This document shows, one piece after another, positions 19,037 through 28,135 of a stretch of 64,000 nt of DNA. Within the stretch, counting starts at the first letter, position 1. Every line of letters begins with the position of its first letter. This DNA comes from Euryarchaeota archaeon UBA486 (GTDB taxonomy: Archaea; Thermoplasmatota; Poseidoniia; Poseidoniales; Poseidoniaceae). Location: assembly GCA_002497765.1 (NCBI GenBank), contig DAET01000046.1, positions 88,988 through 152,987 on the forward strand, written 5' to 3'. The position numbers and the translations under genes are program-made. The notes under the pieces were generated by a model, which saw only the letters and a list, made by a program, of their open reading frames with translations, made no database searches and was not told the DNA's origin.

Positions 19037-19477
19037 GTGCGTCACGACGAAGAAGCCCAGATTCACATTCTGGAAATGTTGACGCTGTTTTGGCTGTTCT
19101 TCATGTCGGCCACCTTCTTGATTCGCGTTCACGTTCCCGATTCTGCCTCTGTCGCCCTTGACTCATCCTTGGAGATGGCGGCCGACGATGCCATCCGCTA
19201 CGGTCTTGGCCTCGAGGCGGAGATTGAAGGCGACAGTCGTTTGGAGGAGTTGCTGGCCGATGATGCTCGGGAAGAGGCCTGCGAGTTGCTTCAGTCTGCC
19301 GTGGCGCCCGGAAAGGAGGCGAATTGTTGGCTGGCGAAGGACAGTTCAGTGGCCACACCGCACGGAACGGTTGGAACGCCGGCCGGTGGCACGGTGGCGG
19401 TTCACCATCTCGTGGTCATCGGCCCGTACGTTTGGACGGTCACGCTGGATGTTTGGGCCCGTGGAGGTGGTGCTTGA
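19037..19477 (+). CDS. Pilin-like / pseudopilin-like small protein (hypothetical). N-terminal hydrophobic helix with Glu at +5 of a possible class III cleavage site
   Basis: …EEAQ|IHILEMLTLFWLFFMSATFLI…; 4 bp after the platform gene; stop overlaps the next start (TGATG). Confidence 0.35.
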   Translation: MRHDEEAQIHILEMLTLFWLFFMSATFLIRVHVPDSASVALDSSLEMAADDAIRYGLGLEAEIEGDSRLEELLADDAREEACELLQSAVAPGKEANCWLAKDSSVATPHGTVGTPAGGTVAVHHLVVIGPYVWTVTLDVWARGGGA

Positions 19478-19923
19478 TGCGCGCCAGCCAACTGAAGGAC
19501 GCCAACGCTGGACAGATGCTGCTCGCCACCGGTGTCGTGCTCCTCATGTCCTTGCTTTCCATGGCCATCTTCGGCGTGAAAGTGGCGGGTCTGACCTTGC
19601 CCCACGAGGCAGCATCGGACGACGTCATTGACACGACCGATCAGGTGCTCGAGACGATACAGCCCCTGACACAGGCACGGATGGAACTCTGGATGGACGG
19701 CGGCCTTGAACCGCTTGAAGCAGCCGAACTTGGGTTCGAAACCGTACACGACGACCTGCTTCACCACGGCGAATTGCGAGGCGTTGAAATCAAACTCACC
19801 AACATGGCTGTTTCGGAACTTGACAGCAACACGCTTCAGGTCAGCGCAGAACTGGGTGTCTCCGACGGCGAGGCCATGCTGAATTACGAGGTGGCGTTCA
19901 CGCTCACCGTTCAAGCCTCGTGA
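19477..19923 (+). CDS. Pilin-like small protein (putative class III signal peptide …NAGQ|MLLATGVVLLMSLL…)
   Basis: Start ATG 19477 overlaps the upstream stop (TGATG). Charged N-terminus, then an (A/G)Q motif and a 20-aa hydrophobic segment. Confidence 0.4.
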   Translation: MRASQLKDANAGQMLLATGVVLLMSLLSMAIFGVKVAGLTLPHEAASDDVIDTTDQVLETIQPLTQARMELWMDGGLEPLEAAELGFETVHDDLLHHGELRGVEIKLTNMAVSELDSNTLQVSAELGVSDGEAMLNYEVAFTLTVQAS

Positions 19924-20657
19924 TGAGCATCAACGGCTCGGTTCAGCAACGTGAAGATACGCTCAACATCGCTGTCAACACGGGTGGGGTCAACCACCGG
20001 CCAGTTCGCAATTTTCGCACGCTCGATGAGCCCTTCTTGAATGGCACGAATGCGGGCGAAGCTGGCAAGATAGCGGTCGGACCGACGGTAGGAATGAGCG
20101 TCTCTCGACTTCAGCATGTCTTGGTGAGCCCGCTCCTCATCCACCACCATCACCACGCCCAAGGCCACACCCCCGGCGTCTTCCCACGCCTTGAGCAGGC
20201 GTGCGCTCGGAACGATGTGAACGCCTTCGAGCAGGAGGTCGATGCCTTCCCTTCGAGCCCGTTCAACGGTGGCCGTGATGCCCGCTTCAACGGCCAGGCA
20301 GGTTTCGTTCCAATCCAGCACGGGCTCGCCGCTGCTTCCTCTCGAAAAGGACGAGCGGTGGAGCGCTTCTCGTTGCTGCCCCTCATCTGCCGCCCGCATG
20401 ATTTCGCGAATGGCGTCGGTCGACATGACCCGGGTGAACCCGGCTCGGTTGGCGACGCCGACGGCTGCCGTTGATTTTCCAACCCCGGTGGCACCGGCGA
20501 TGATGAGCAACCTCGGCGGTCGCGATGAGAGGGTTTGCGCTGTTTGTTGCGCCATCCCTACCCGCTGGGCCATGCGGTTGAGGTGAAGGGGCGAGCACAT
20601 GAGGGTTCTGCCCAAGGATGCGTTCCCTTCCTTCATTTGGTGCCCGAGAAAACCCAC
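19911..20657 (-). CDS. 2-phosphoglycerate kinase-like P-loop protein
   Basis: …LLIIAGATGVGKSTAAVGVANRAGFTRVMSTDAIREIMR… (P-loop plus the STDxIRE motif of the 2PGK family). The true start is probably an internal Met (~20573/20555). Confidence 0.55.
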   Translation of the reverse strand: MGFLGHQMKEGNASLGRTLMCSPLHLNRMAQRVGMAQQTAQTLSSRPPRLLIIAGATGVGKSTAAVGVANRAGFTRVMSTDAIREIMRAADEGQQREALHRSSFSRGSSGEPVLDWNETCLAVEAGITATVERARREGIDLLLEGVHIVPSARLLKAWEDAGGVALGVVMVVDEERAHQDMLKSRDAHSYRRSDRYLASFARIRAIQEGLIERAKIANWPVVDPTRVDSDVERIFTLLNRAVDAHHEA

Positions 20658-20693
20658 CGATGGCCCTTTGAATTGGGTGGGCTTGGAAGATTC

Positions 20694-22130
20694 ATGGCCG
20701 ATGAACAGATGTGGATTGCAGGCGCATGGTGTGGCGCCGAGAAGAAGGAAACCAGCGATGTCATCAACCCTGCGACCGGTGAAGTCATGGCCACCGTACC
20801 GAAGGCCACCGTGGGCGACGTTGACCGTTGCGTCGCTGCCTCACGAGACGCCCTGAACAACGCGGACTGGAAAGCCATGGATCCCGCTCAGCGTGGACGT
20901 ATCCTCAACAAGATGGCAGCCGTCACCTACGCCAAAGCAAAGGAGCTCGCCGTCATTGAATCCTCGAACAACGGCAAGACGTTCAGGGAAGCCCTCTCTG
21001 AAATTCGCTATGGTGCATGGACGCTGGAGTATTTTGCCGGTCTCGCCGATAAGATCGAAGGCACCACGATCCCCGTTCCCGGTCCTCGTCTCAACTACAC
21101 CCTCCGCCAACCGCTTGGGGTCACTGCCCACATCGTGCCGTGGAACTTCCCGCTCCAACTTGCGCTGCGCTCCATCGCCCCTGCCCTCGCCGCAGGGTGC
21201 ACGGTCATCGCCAAGCCTGCATCATGGACGCCCCTGTCCCTGCTCGCCTGGGCAAGAGCCGTCGACGAGGCCGACACCGGGCTACCATCCGGTGTGCTGC
21301 AGGTCTTGACCGGATCGGGTGCGCTGGCCGGTGATGCCCTCGCTGGTCATGCCGGCGTGGACGGCGTGGTGTTGACCGGAGGTGTACCTACGGGTCAAGC
21401 CGTGATGGCCAAAGCCAGCGAGCAACTCACGCCCGTTACCCTCGAACTCGGTGGAAAGGGCGCCAACATCGTCTTCCCCGACGCCAACCTCCGCTACGCT
21501 GCGAAAGCCATCTGCTTTGGCATCTTCATGAACGCCGGCCAGATGTGCTGGGCGGGTTCTCGACTGCTCGTTCACGAGGACGTACACGACGACCTTGTGG
21601 AAGCCGTGTGCGCCGAGGTGGCCAAGTGGCCCGTTGGCCCGGGCATGGAAGAAGGTGTTCGGATGGGCAGTCTTGTCCACGAGCGTCATCGAGCTGAGGT
21701 GCTCGAGAAACTCGAGGCCGGCCTGAAGGAAGGCGGCAAGTTGGTGTTGGGTGGGCAGCCGCTCGACCGAGACGGGGCCTTCATGGAAGCAACGGTGGTC
21801 ACCGGGGTGGACCGTTCTCACCTGCTGTTCCAAGACGAACTCTTCGGGCCCGTGCTGGCCGTCACCTCCTTTTCCACGGATGAGGAAGCCCTTGAATTGG
21901 CCAACGACACACCGTTTGGATTGCTCAACGGCGTCTGGACCAACAACCTCAGTCGAGCTCACAGTTTTGCTCGCGACCTTGAGTGCGGCATGGTTTCCAT
22001 CAACGAATACCCCATCACCTTCCCGCAGACGGCCTTCACGGGTTGGAAGCATTCAGGCATCGGCGTGGAGCAAAGCCAAGATGCGCTTCGCTTCTACACG
22101 AAGGTCAAAAACGTGAACGTGAAGTTGTGA
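20694..22130 (+). CDS. NAD(P)-dependent aldehyde dehydrogenase
   Basis: …VINPATGEV…, …PWNFPL…, …ELGGKGANIVF…, catalytic …NAGQMCWAGSRLLV… Cys. Start at ATG 20694. Confidence 0.85.
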   Translation: MADEQMWIAGAWCGAEKKETSDVINPATGEVMATVPKATVGDVDRCVAASRDALNNADWKAMDPAQRGRILNKMAAVTYAKAKELAVIESSNNGKTFREALSEIRYGAWTLEYFAGLADKIEGTTIPVPGPRLNYTLRQPLGVTAHIVPWNFPLQLALRSIAPALAAGCTVIAKPASWTPLSLLAWARAVDEADTGLPSGVLQVLTGSGALAGDALAGHAGVDGVVLTGGVPTGQAVMAKASEQLTPVTLELGGKGANIVFPDANLRYAAKAICFGIFMNAGQMCWAGSRLLVHEDVHDDLVEAVCAEVAKWPVGPGMEEGVRMGSLVHERHRAEVLEKLEAGLKEGGKLVLGGQPLDRDGAFMEATVVTGVDRSHLLFQDELFGPVLAVTSFSTDEEALELANDTPFGLLNGVWTNNLSRAHSFARDLECGMVSINEYPITFPQTAFTGWKHSGIGVEQSQDALRFYTKVKNVNVKL

Positions 22131-22134
22131 GTGG

Positions 22135-22920
22135 ATGTCCATGGCGGTTGAAGTTGACCAACAAGGCGCTGTTCGGATCATTAAGATGGCGGGGCAGGCC
22201 TCGACGCAGTCGTTTTCGATGGCGTTTTTGCCCACGATTGCCGAGGCGATTGATGCGGGCCTGAAAGACAACGCCACGAAATCCATTGTGCTGACGGGCG
22301 ACGGTCGTTTCTTTTCCGCTGGGGCTGACATCAACGCCTTTCAAGAAGCGATTGACAACAACTCGGCTCCTGAACTCATCCGCAACCTGACCGGTGTTCT
22401 CCACCCGCTGCTGACCCGCATCCGTACCTCCTCAACCATTGTCGTGGCGGCCCTCAACGGTGTGTCGGCCGGCGGCGGCTTGGGTTTGGCCTTGGCGTGC
22501 GATGCTCGAGTTGGAACGCCTGATGCTCGTATGGCGGCGTCCTACGCCGGCATGGGGCTCTCCCCGGACGGCGGGACGACCTGGCTTTTGCCGCGCCTGG
22601 TTGGCGAACAACGAGCACGACGATTCTTCATGAGCAATGAAATTTGGACGGGCGAGGAAGCTCATGAATACGGTGCGATTGACGTGCTGGTGGACCCTGC
22701 ATCCTTGCTTGAGACAGCCACAGGCTTGGCCAAGATGTGGTCGTCATGGGGCCCCCACACCAAGGAGGCGACCAAGCACCTCCTTCATGTTCAAACCGAC
22801 AACGATTTCTCAACGCACCTCGACCACGAACGGACGCTCATCGAAGCGGCCGGTACCACCGAGGCGTTCAAAGAAGGCGTGGCCGCGTTCCTTGAGAAGC
22901 GCCGCCCATCCTTTGATTGA
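22135..22920 (+). CDS. Enoyl-CoA hydratase/isomerase (crotonase) family
   Basis: …IVLTGDGRFFSAGADINAF…ALNGVSAGGGLGLALACDARV…; 4 bp after the ALDH stop. Confidence 0.8.
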   Translation: MSMAVEVDQQGAVRIIKMAGQASTQSFSMAFLPTIAEAIDAGLKDNATKSIVLTGDGRFFSAGADINAFQEAIDNNSAPELIRNLTGVLHPLLTRIRTSSTIVVAALNGVSAGGGLGLALACDARVGTPDARMAASYAGMGLSPDGGTTWLLPRLVGEQRARRFFMSNEIWTGEEAHEYGAIDVLVDPASLLETATGLAKMWSSWGPHTKEATKHLLHVQTDNDFSTHLDHERTLIEAAGTTEAFKEGVAAFLEKRRPSFD

Positions 22921-22921
22921 A

Positions 22922-23845
22922 TCACTGGATTTGGAACTGGTACTGCGTGGCGGGTTTCTTTCCGCCCAGGCGAGTCAGCCCGATGATGAGTGCGATGAGG
23001 CCACCGCATGCAGAGCAGCAACCCGCACCAATCGATGCGACCGAAATGCCCGACTTCGTGAGCAACTCCTCAACGAATCCAGATTCGATGTACATGGCGT
23101 CAAGGTCAACCACGGACATGTTGATGCCAGCATCGTTGGACACCGTCAGGATTTCTCCCTCTACGCAATCGTGTTCTGCCTCCCCGACATCGTCTTGCAT
23201 GGTGTAGCAAATTCGGGCGACAATGATGTGGTCTTCAATGTCAAAGTACGGCTCGTAGGCTTTGTTGTCGTCGCCTCGACCCATTGAGCAAGAAATTCTC
23301 GCTGTGCGATCGCTGACATCGTTGCCGTCTTCGTCGAGAACGGAGAAACTCACATTCTCGCAGGCATCCACGATGTTGTTGTCGTTCTCATCGGCCTTGG
23401 GGTCGCCGGGAATCAGGAGGTACCAACCCTCCTCACCCATGCCATCTTCGTCGTCGTGGGTGAGTTCACCGCTGTCCCCGATTGAAGTGGTGTAGTCAAC
23501 GGTGGAGAGTTTGTTGAAGGTGTCTTCAATCGAAGCGCCCACGACTGCCCCGATGCCAAACCCAATGAGGCCGATGACCACCAAAACGGCGGCGATGATC
23601 ATGGGGACTTTGGGCCCCTTTCCTTCATCCCCGATGGTGATGTTCTGTGTCGCCATGCCTGGCTGATAGCCAGCAGCGACCATGTCCGGTGTGATTTGTT
23701 GTTGGAGAACGGGGCTTGGCCCTTCGATGTCCGCTGGAGTGGCGCCATCCGAAGGTTCGCCTGGCTCGCAATCCGGTTCATTTCCACCAGCATCCTTGGT
23801 GGCGCCCATGATGGCACCCCAAGGGGTAGGGTTGGTTTCGTCCAT
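22922..23845 (-). CDS. Cys-rich acidic membrane protein (hypothetical). N-terminal TM, exported acidic domain, C-terminal GAGCCSACGG-TM-basic tail
   Basis: TM helices MIIAAVLVVIGLIGFGIGAVVG and GLIALIIGL followed by TRLGGKK; acidic domain with about 8 Cys. Confidence 0.45.
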   Translation of the reverse strand: MDETNPTPWGAIMGATKDAGGNEPDCEPGEPSDGATPADIEGPSPVLQQQITPDMVAAGYQPGMATQNITIGDEGKGPKVPMIIAAVLVVIGLIGFGIGAVVGASIEDTFNKLSTVDYTTSIGDSGELTHDDEDGMGEEGWYLLIPGDPKADENDNNIVDACENVSFSVLDEDGNDVSDRTARISCSMGRGDDNKAYEPYFDIEDHIIVARICYTMQDDVGEAEHDCVEGEILTVSNDAGINMSVVDLDAMYIESGFVEELLTKSGISVASIGAGCCSACGGLIALIIGLTRLGGKKPATQYQFQIQ

Positions 23846-23893
23846 GGAATTTCCACGCTCCCTTGCGCAATAAATCAGTGGGTGAGATGGGCC

Positions 23894-24778
23894 TCAATCG
23901 AGGCTGGTTTCCTCGGGCTGTCCGCTTGACCAATCGTAGATACCTTTTCCAGATTTCTTGCCGAGGCGGCCTTCGGCGACCAAGCGCTCAAGCAGTGGGT
24001 GAGGGGCGTAGGCATCGTCGTTGAACGAGCGCTGCAGGTTTCGCAAAATATCGCGTCGTACATCAAGCCCCACCAGATCGGTCAACGCCAGCGGGCCCAT
24101 CGGGTGCTTGTAGCCCAGCACCATGGCGGTGTCAATGTCCTTGGCGCTGGCCACGCCGTCGGCCAGCATGCGGATGGCTTCGTTGCCGAGCACCACGCCC
24201 AAGCGGCTGGTGGCAAACCCGGGGACGTCCTTGACGAGAATGGTGGTTTTGCCCATGGCTTCGCCGGCTGCTTGAGCGATGGCGATCGTCCCCTCGGCGG
24301 TCTGATCATGACGGACCAGTTCGAGCAATTTCATGATGGGAACAGGATTGAAGAAATGCATGCCAATGACCTGCTCTGGCCGAGACGTAGCAGCGGCGAT
24401 GTCGGCGATGCAAAGCGAGGAGGTGTTGGTACCGAGCACGGCGTGAGCAGGGGCAAGTTCGTCGAGTTGTGCGAAGATGCTGTGCTTCAAGTCAGGGATT
24501 TCTGGCACGGCCTCAATCACGAGGTCGGCCTGTCCGACCGCCGCAGCGAGGTCGCCAACAGCGGTCAAGTTGGCCGACCATGCGTCTCGCTGCTCAGGGG
24601 TGGTTTTGCCTCGAGCGATGCCCTTCTCCCAGAAGGCTGCGATGCGCTCCATGCCACGTTCAAGCCCCTCGGGGAAGGCATCGTAGAGGTTGGTTTGCCA
24701 GCCGGCTTGGGCGCACACTTGAGCGATGCCGGCGCCCATCGTTCCAGCGCCCACCACGGCCACGCATTGAATGGTCAT
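23894..24778 (-). CDS. 3-hydroxyacyl-CoA (3-hydroxybutyryl-CoA) dehydrogenase
   Basis: VAVVGAGTMGAGIAQV Rossmann motif; …GMHFFNPVPIMKLLELV…; …GFATSRLG…. Start ATG 24778. Confidence 0.85.
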   Translation of the reverse strand: MTIQCVAVVGAGTMGAGIAQVCAQAGWQTNLYDAFPEGLERGMERIAAFWEKGIARGKTTPEQRDAWSANLTAVGDLAAAVGQADLVIEAVPEIPDLKHSIFAQLDELAPAHAVLGTNTSSLCIADIAAATSRPEQVIGMHFFNPVPIMKLLELVRHDQTAEGTIAIAQAAGEAMGKTTILVKDVPGFATSRLGVVLGNEAIRMLADGVASAKDIDTAMVLGYKHPMGPLALTDLVGLDVRRDILRNLQRSFNDDAYAPHPLLERLVAEGRLGKKSGKGIYDWSSGQPEETSLD

Positions 24779-24800
24779 GGTCCTCGCAAGGAGAGGCCCT

Positions 24801-25724
24801 TCATGATGCTTGCTCGTTGGTTCTCTGTTTCGATTGCGCCAAGGTGACGCCACCGACGATCAGCGCGAAGGCCACGACCAGCGAAGTTCCGAGTTGTTCG
24901 TCGAGAAGAAGCCACCCTCCGAGGATACCAAACGGTGGAACGAGGTAGACGTAGAAGGCTGCTGGACCTGCACCGATGATGCGGATGCCGTCAGCGAACC
25001 AGACGTAGGACACAACCGTGGAAAAGACGGCGAGGAACACGATGCCCACCCACGCCTCAGCACTCGGGAAGGTCCATGCTGCTCCCATCGCTTCAATCCC
25101 TGCCCATGGCGTGAGAATGAACAACCCAACAACGGAGGACCAGACCGTCAGGTGAAGCGGGCTCAGGGGTGCCAGCGCATCGTCCGGCGTATCGGTCATG
25201 ACGCGTTTCATGACGATGGTTGACATGGCCCATGCAAAGGCAGAACCGGCGATGAAGGCGTTTCCAATCCATCGGTCCACCGCAGGAATGTCCGTGTTGG
25301 GCGAAGCAAAAAAGAGCACAGCAATCCCGGCTACGGCAAGGGCCAAGCCCCCAAGAAGCCGCCAAGTCATGCGTTCGTCGAGGAGCAGCACGGCAAGAAA
25401 AGCCGTGAAGAGCGGATTGAACGTGATCATCAGTGAGGCGTCACCAGCGGCCGTGTAACCCATGCCGAACATGAACAGCACCTGGTACATGAAGGTCGAA
25501 AACAAGCCGATGAGCGCCACCTGCTTCCACTGTGAGCGTGAGGGCATGATCCACTGTGATGACCACCTGAGGTAGGCCAGAAACAAGGCAACGACCATGA
25601 CATAGCGAATCCATGCTGCGCCAATGGGCGGTAACTCCGTAGCGACCACACGGCCCGCAGGCCAACCAAAACCCCAGATGGCAGCGACGATGACCAATTT
25701 GGCATGAACTCCGGCGTTGTTCAT
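24801..25724 (-). CDS. EamA/DMT-superfamily transporter
   Basis: 10 TM helices, two EamA-like halves. Confidence 0.7.
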   Translation of the reverse strand: MNNAGVHAKLVIVAAIWGFGWPAGRVVATELPPIGAAWIRYVMVVALFLAYLRWSSQWIMPSRSQWKQVALIGLFSTFMYQVLFMFGMGYTAAGDASLMITFNPLFTAFLAVLLLDERMTWRLLGGLALAVAGIAVLFFASPNTDIPAVDRWIGNAFIAGSAFAWAMSTIVMKRVMTDTPDDALAPLSPLHLTVWSSVVGLFILTPWAGIEAMGAAWTFPSAEAWVGIVFLAVFSTVVSYVWFADGIRIIGAGPAAFYVYLVPPFGILGGWLLLDEQLGTSLVVAFALIVGGVTLAQSKQRTNEQAS

Positions 25725-26260
25725 TCAAATCGCTCCAGGCCCAACTGCAGCATCCGGGTTCGGGGAAGGCCGATTTCCGGAAGTCCTGCGGCTGGGGCGT
25801 GGAGCTTGAGGCCTTCAATCCTGTTCACGTAGAGGCCATAACTGGCGATGTCGTCGGGTTTGTACGGGGTGTCAAGGCCCATCTTTTGCAGTGTTTGGCA
25901 CGCTTTTTCGGAGTAGATGGGGAACAAGTTTGTGGAGAAGTGCATCCATTCAGATATTCGCTGTGCGTCAACGCCGTCGAGGGTCATGAGGTGCTCGAGC
26001 AACGAAACATCGGGGTAGTTGGTGGTTCGAAGCACCATCTCCACTTCATTCACGATGTCTTCGGGCCAAGCGAACGGAACACGTTCAGCCCACTGGTCTG
26101 CGATGCTGATGTGCTCGATGGATTGCTCGGCTTGGACGGCGTACAGTGATTCGATGTACGATCGGTCTTCGTAGGCGTCGGTGACAAGACCGGGAAGGTC
26201 CTCGAAGAAGCGTTCACACATCTCGGCGTCGACACCGTAGAGGGCGACGGGAATCATCAA
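25721..26260 (-). CDS. Hypothetical acidic protein (179 aa), co-oriented with and 15 bp from the di-iron oxygenase-like gene
   Basis: No recognised motif; 4-bp overlap with the downstream DMT transporter gene. Confidence 0.4.
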   Translation of the reverse strand: MMIPVALYGVDAEMCERFFEDLPGLVTDAYEDRSYIESLYAVQAEQSIEHISIADQWAERVPFAWPEDIVNEVEMVLRTTNYPDVSLLEHLMTLDGVDAQRISEWMHFSTNLFPIYSEKACQTLQKMGLDTPYKPDDIASYGLYVNRIEGLKLHAPAAGLPEIGLPRTRMLQLGLERFE

Positions 26261-26275
26261 CGATCACTCCGATGT

Positions 26276-27436
26276 TCAGGCACTTGCGCCAATGCCAGAG
26301 GCGATTTGGCGAGCGGTCATGGGCTTCTCAGCCACCCATTGTTGCTTGAAAAGTTCCTTGAGGTCTTCTTCGTCTTGGGCGGTGGGGAGGTGGGCGGCCA
26401 TGTAGGCATCCCACTCGTCGTCGGAGCCTTCGAACAGGGTACCTTCAACGGTGTAGCGCTGGCGCTTGAAGTGGCCGATTTCACGGTGGAAGTTCTCGTG
26501 TGGGACATAGAGGTCCGCAGCACCTTCGGGGAGGTAGCCGCAGAGTTTCCTGACCTCAGCCACGATCTCCTCGTGATAGTGCTGGCGGGCCTCTTCGTTC
26601 AGCGTCTCCTTGGACACTTCAACATCGCCTTCGAGCTTCTTGCGCTCATCCCAGCGTCCTTTGATGCCCCAGACGTAGGCCCAGTGGGCAGAAGAGGATT
26701 CGTCAACGCCGAACAGGTCGTGAGCGGTGGACACCCACTTGTTGATGTAGCGCTGAAGCATGTCCAAAGGAATCACGCCGGCCTTGATGATGCGGCGCAG
26801 ACCGTTTGAACCGGTGCCCAAGTGGAAGGACTCTTCCTTGAGCATGGGGCCCATGCTGGCAGCGAGTGGCTTGAACGCCGAGGTGGAAAGCATGCCGAGT
26901 TGGAACTTGCCGTCACGGTCCACAAACATCGTGTAGCAGAAGAAGTCCAGCCAGTGGGGCATGGGGCGGTTGAACGCACCGAGGAGGCGGTCGCCGTCCT
27001 GAGCGTTGCGCTCGAGGAGTTTTTGCGCCTCGCGTCGACCTTGCTGACCGAAGTAGGTCATGAGAAGGTAGGCCATTTGCCATCCATGTCGCTGCTCCTC
27101 TGCCATGATGCGGGCCGCTGCGTAGCGGTCGTAGTCGGTTGGTGCGGTGGCGAGGAGGTGGCGCTGCTGCTCAACGGAGGCGAATTCGGTGTCGCCCTGA
27201 ACGGTGATCATGCTCACGAGGGCGTCTCGCATGCTCTGGTGAGGGACTTGGAGAGATCGCTCCCACTTGGTTCGGCCGGCGTAATCACCAAACTCAATGA
27301 CGTCGCCTGCACGCTCCCAGTCAAACTGGATGGACAGGTCAAAGTTGCCCATCCACTCGCGGTCGTAGCCGACGTTGTCTTGCCAAGTTTTGAAGTTCTC
27401 AATCCAGTCATCCCAAGTCTTCGGTAGGTTGTCCAT
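26276..27436 (-). CDS. Ferritin-like di-iron carboxylate oxygenase (benzoyl-CoA oxygenase BoxB / PaaA-like family)
   Basis: EXXH-type motifs …VEQQRH…, …AEEQRHGWQ…, …KEESFH… spaced as in di-iron four-helix-bundle oxygenases; size ~386 aa. Confidence 0.4.
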   Translation of the reverse strand: MDNLPKTWDDWIENFKTWQDNVGYDREWMGNFDLSIQFDWERAGDVIEFGDYAGRTKWERSLQVPHQSMRDALVSMITVQGDTEFASVEQQRHLLATAPTDYDRYAAARIMAEEQRHGWQMAYLLMTYFGQQGRREAQKLLERNAQDGDRLLGAFNRPMPHWLDFFCYTMFVDRDGKFQLGMLSTSAFKPLAASMGPMLKEESFHLGTGSNGLRRIIKAGVIPLDMLQRYINKWVSTAHDLFGVDESSSAHWAYVWGIKGRWDERKKLEGDVEVSKETLNEEARQHYHEEIVAEVRKLCGYLPEGAADLYVPHENFHREIGHFKRQRYTVEGTLFEGSDDEWDAYMAAHLPTAQDEEDLKELFKQQWVAEKPMTARQIASGIGASA

Positions 27437-27494
27437 GCTCCAAGGTGGACGGGGACCTCCTTATACCCTTTACGAACATGTTCGTGCGAACATG

Positions 27495-28118
27495 TTAGTC
27501 GCTTTGGCGACGAATCTCTTCGGTGAAGGCATGAAAGACGGCCGATTCAATGCGTTGGAGTTGATTTGAAAGCGTGGATTTGGCGACGTTGAGCAGGCCG
27601 GCAAGCTCGGTGAGGTTGATGCGGCGAGGCACGTCCCAGTAGCCTTCACGAGAGGCGACTTCGAAGACCTCTCGCTGGCGCGGCGTCAGCAGTCGAGCGC
27701 CCGTGCTTCGGGTCGAGAGAAGTCTGTGGGGGATCTCATCGCTTCTGAACCGGTTGATCAGAGCCCTCATGGTTTCTCGCGTACCCTCAACCGTCCATTC
27801 AACCCAACCGTCTCGAACTTCGAACGGTGTTCGCGGCACGACGCCAAGGTCGACCAGCGGCCGGAGAAATCCGCCTCCTCCCGCAGAGATGTTGACTGAG
27901 AAACGGCCGTCTTCCGGCTCGCTGCATTCGTCGATGCCATCGTGGGCCAACACGGTGGCGTGGATGGCTTCGTTGCTCCAACAGCGAGCCGTACCGCGCC
28001 CCTTGCTGAGCGGCATGTGTTGTTCGATGCGAAGCGTTGCTGAAGGATGCTCACGAGTCACGTCGCCGGCCCAGTGGCCTTGAGGAAGGCGTACATCGAT
28101 TCGCAGCTGTTGAGCCAT
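27495..28118 (-). CDS. Transcription regulator with C-terminal HTH_10 (bacterio-opsin activator-type) DNA-binding domain
   Basis: …LTPRQREVFEVASREGYWDVPRRINLTELAGLLNVAKSTLSNQLQRIESAV… is the classic archaeal HTH_10 signature. Confidence 0.65.
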   Translation of the reverse strand: MAQQLRIDVRLPQGHWAGDVTREHPSATLRIEQHMPLSKGRGTARCWSNEAIHATVLAHDGIDECSEPEDGRFSVNISAGGGGFLRPLVDLGVVPRTPFEVRDGWVEWTVEGTRETMRALINRFRSDEIPHRLLSTRSTGARLLTPRQREVFEVASREGYWDVPRRINLTELAGLLNVAKSTLSNQLQRIESAVFHAFTEEIRRQSD

Positions 28119-28135
28119 GGTTGCGCCTCGGTAGA

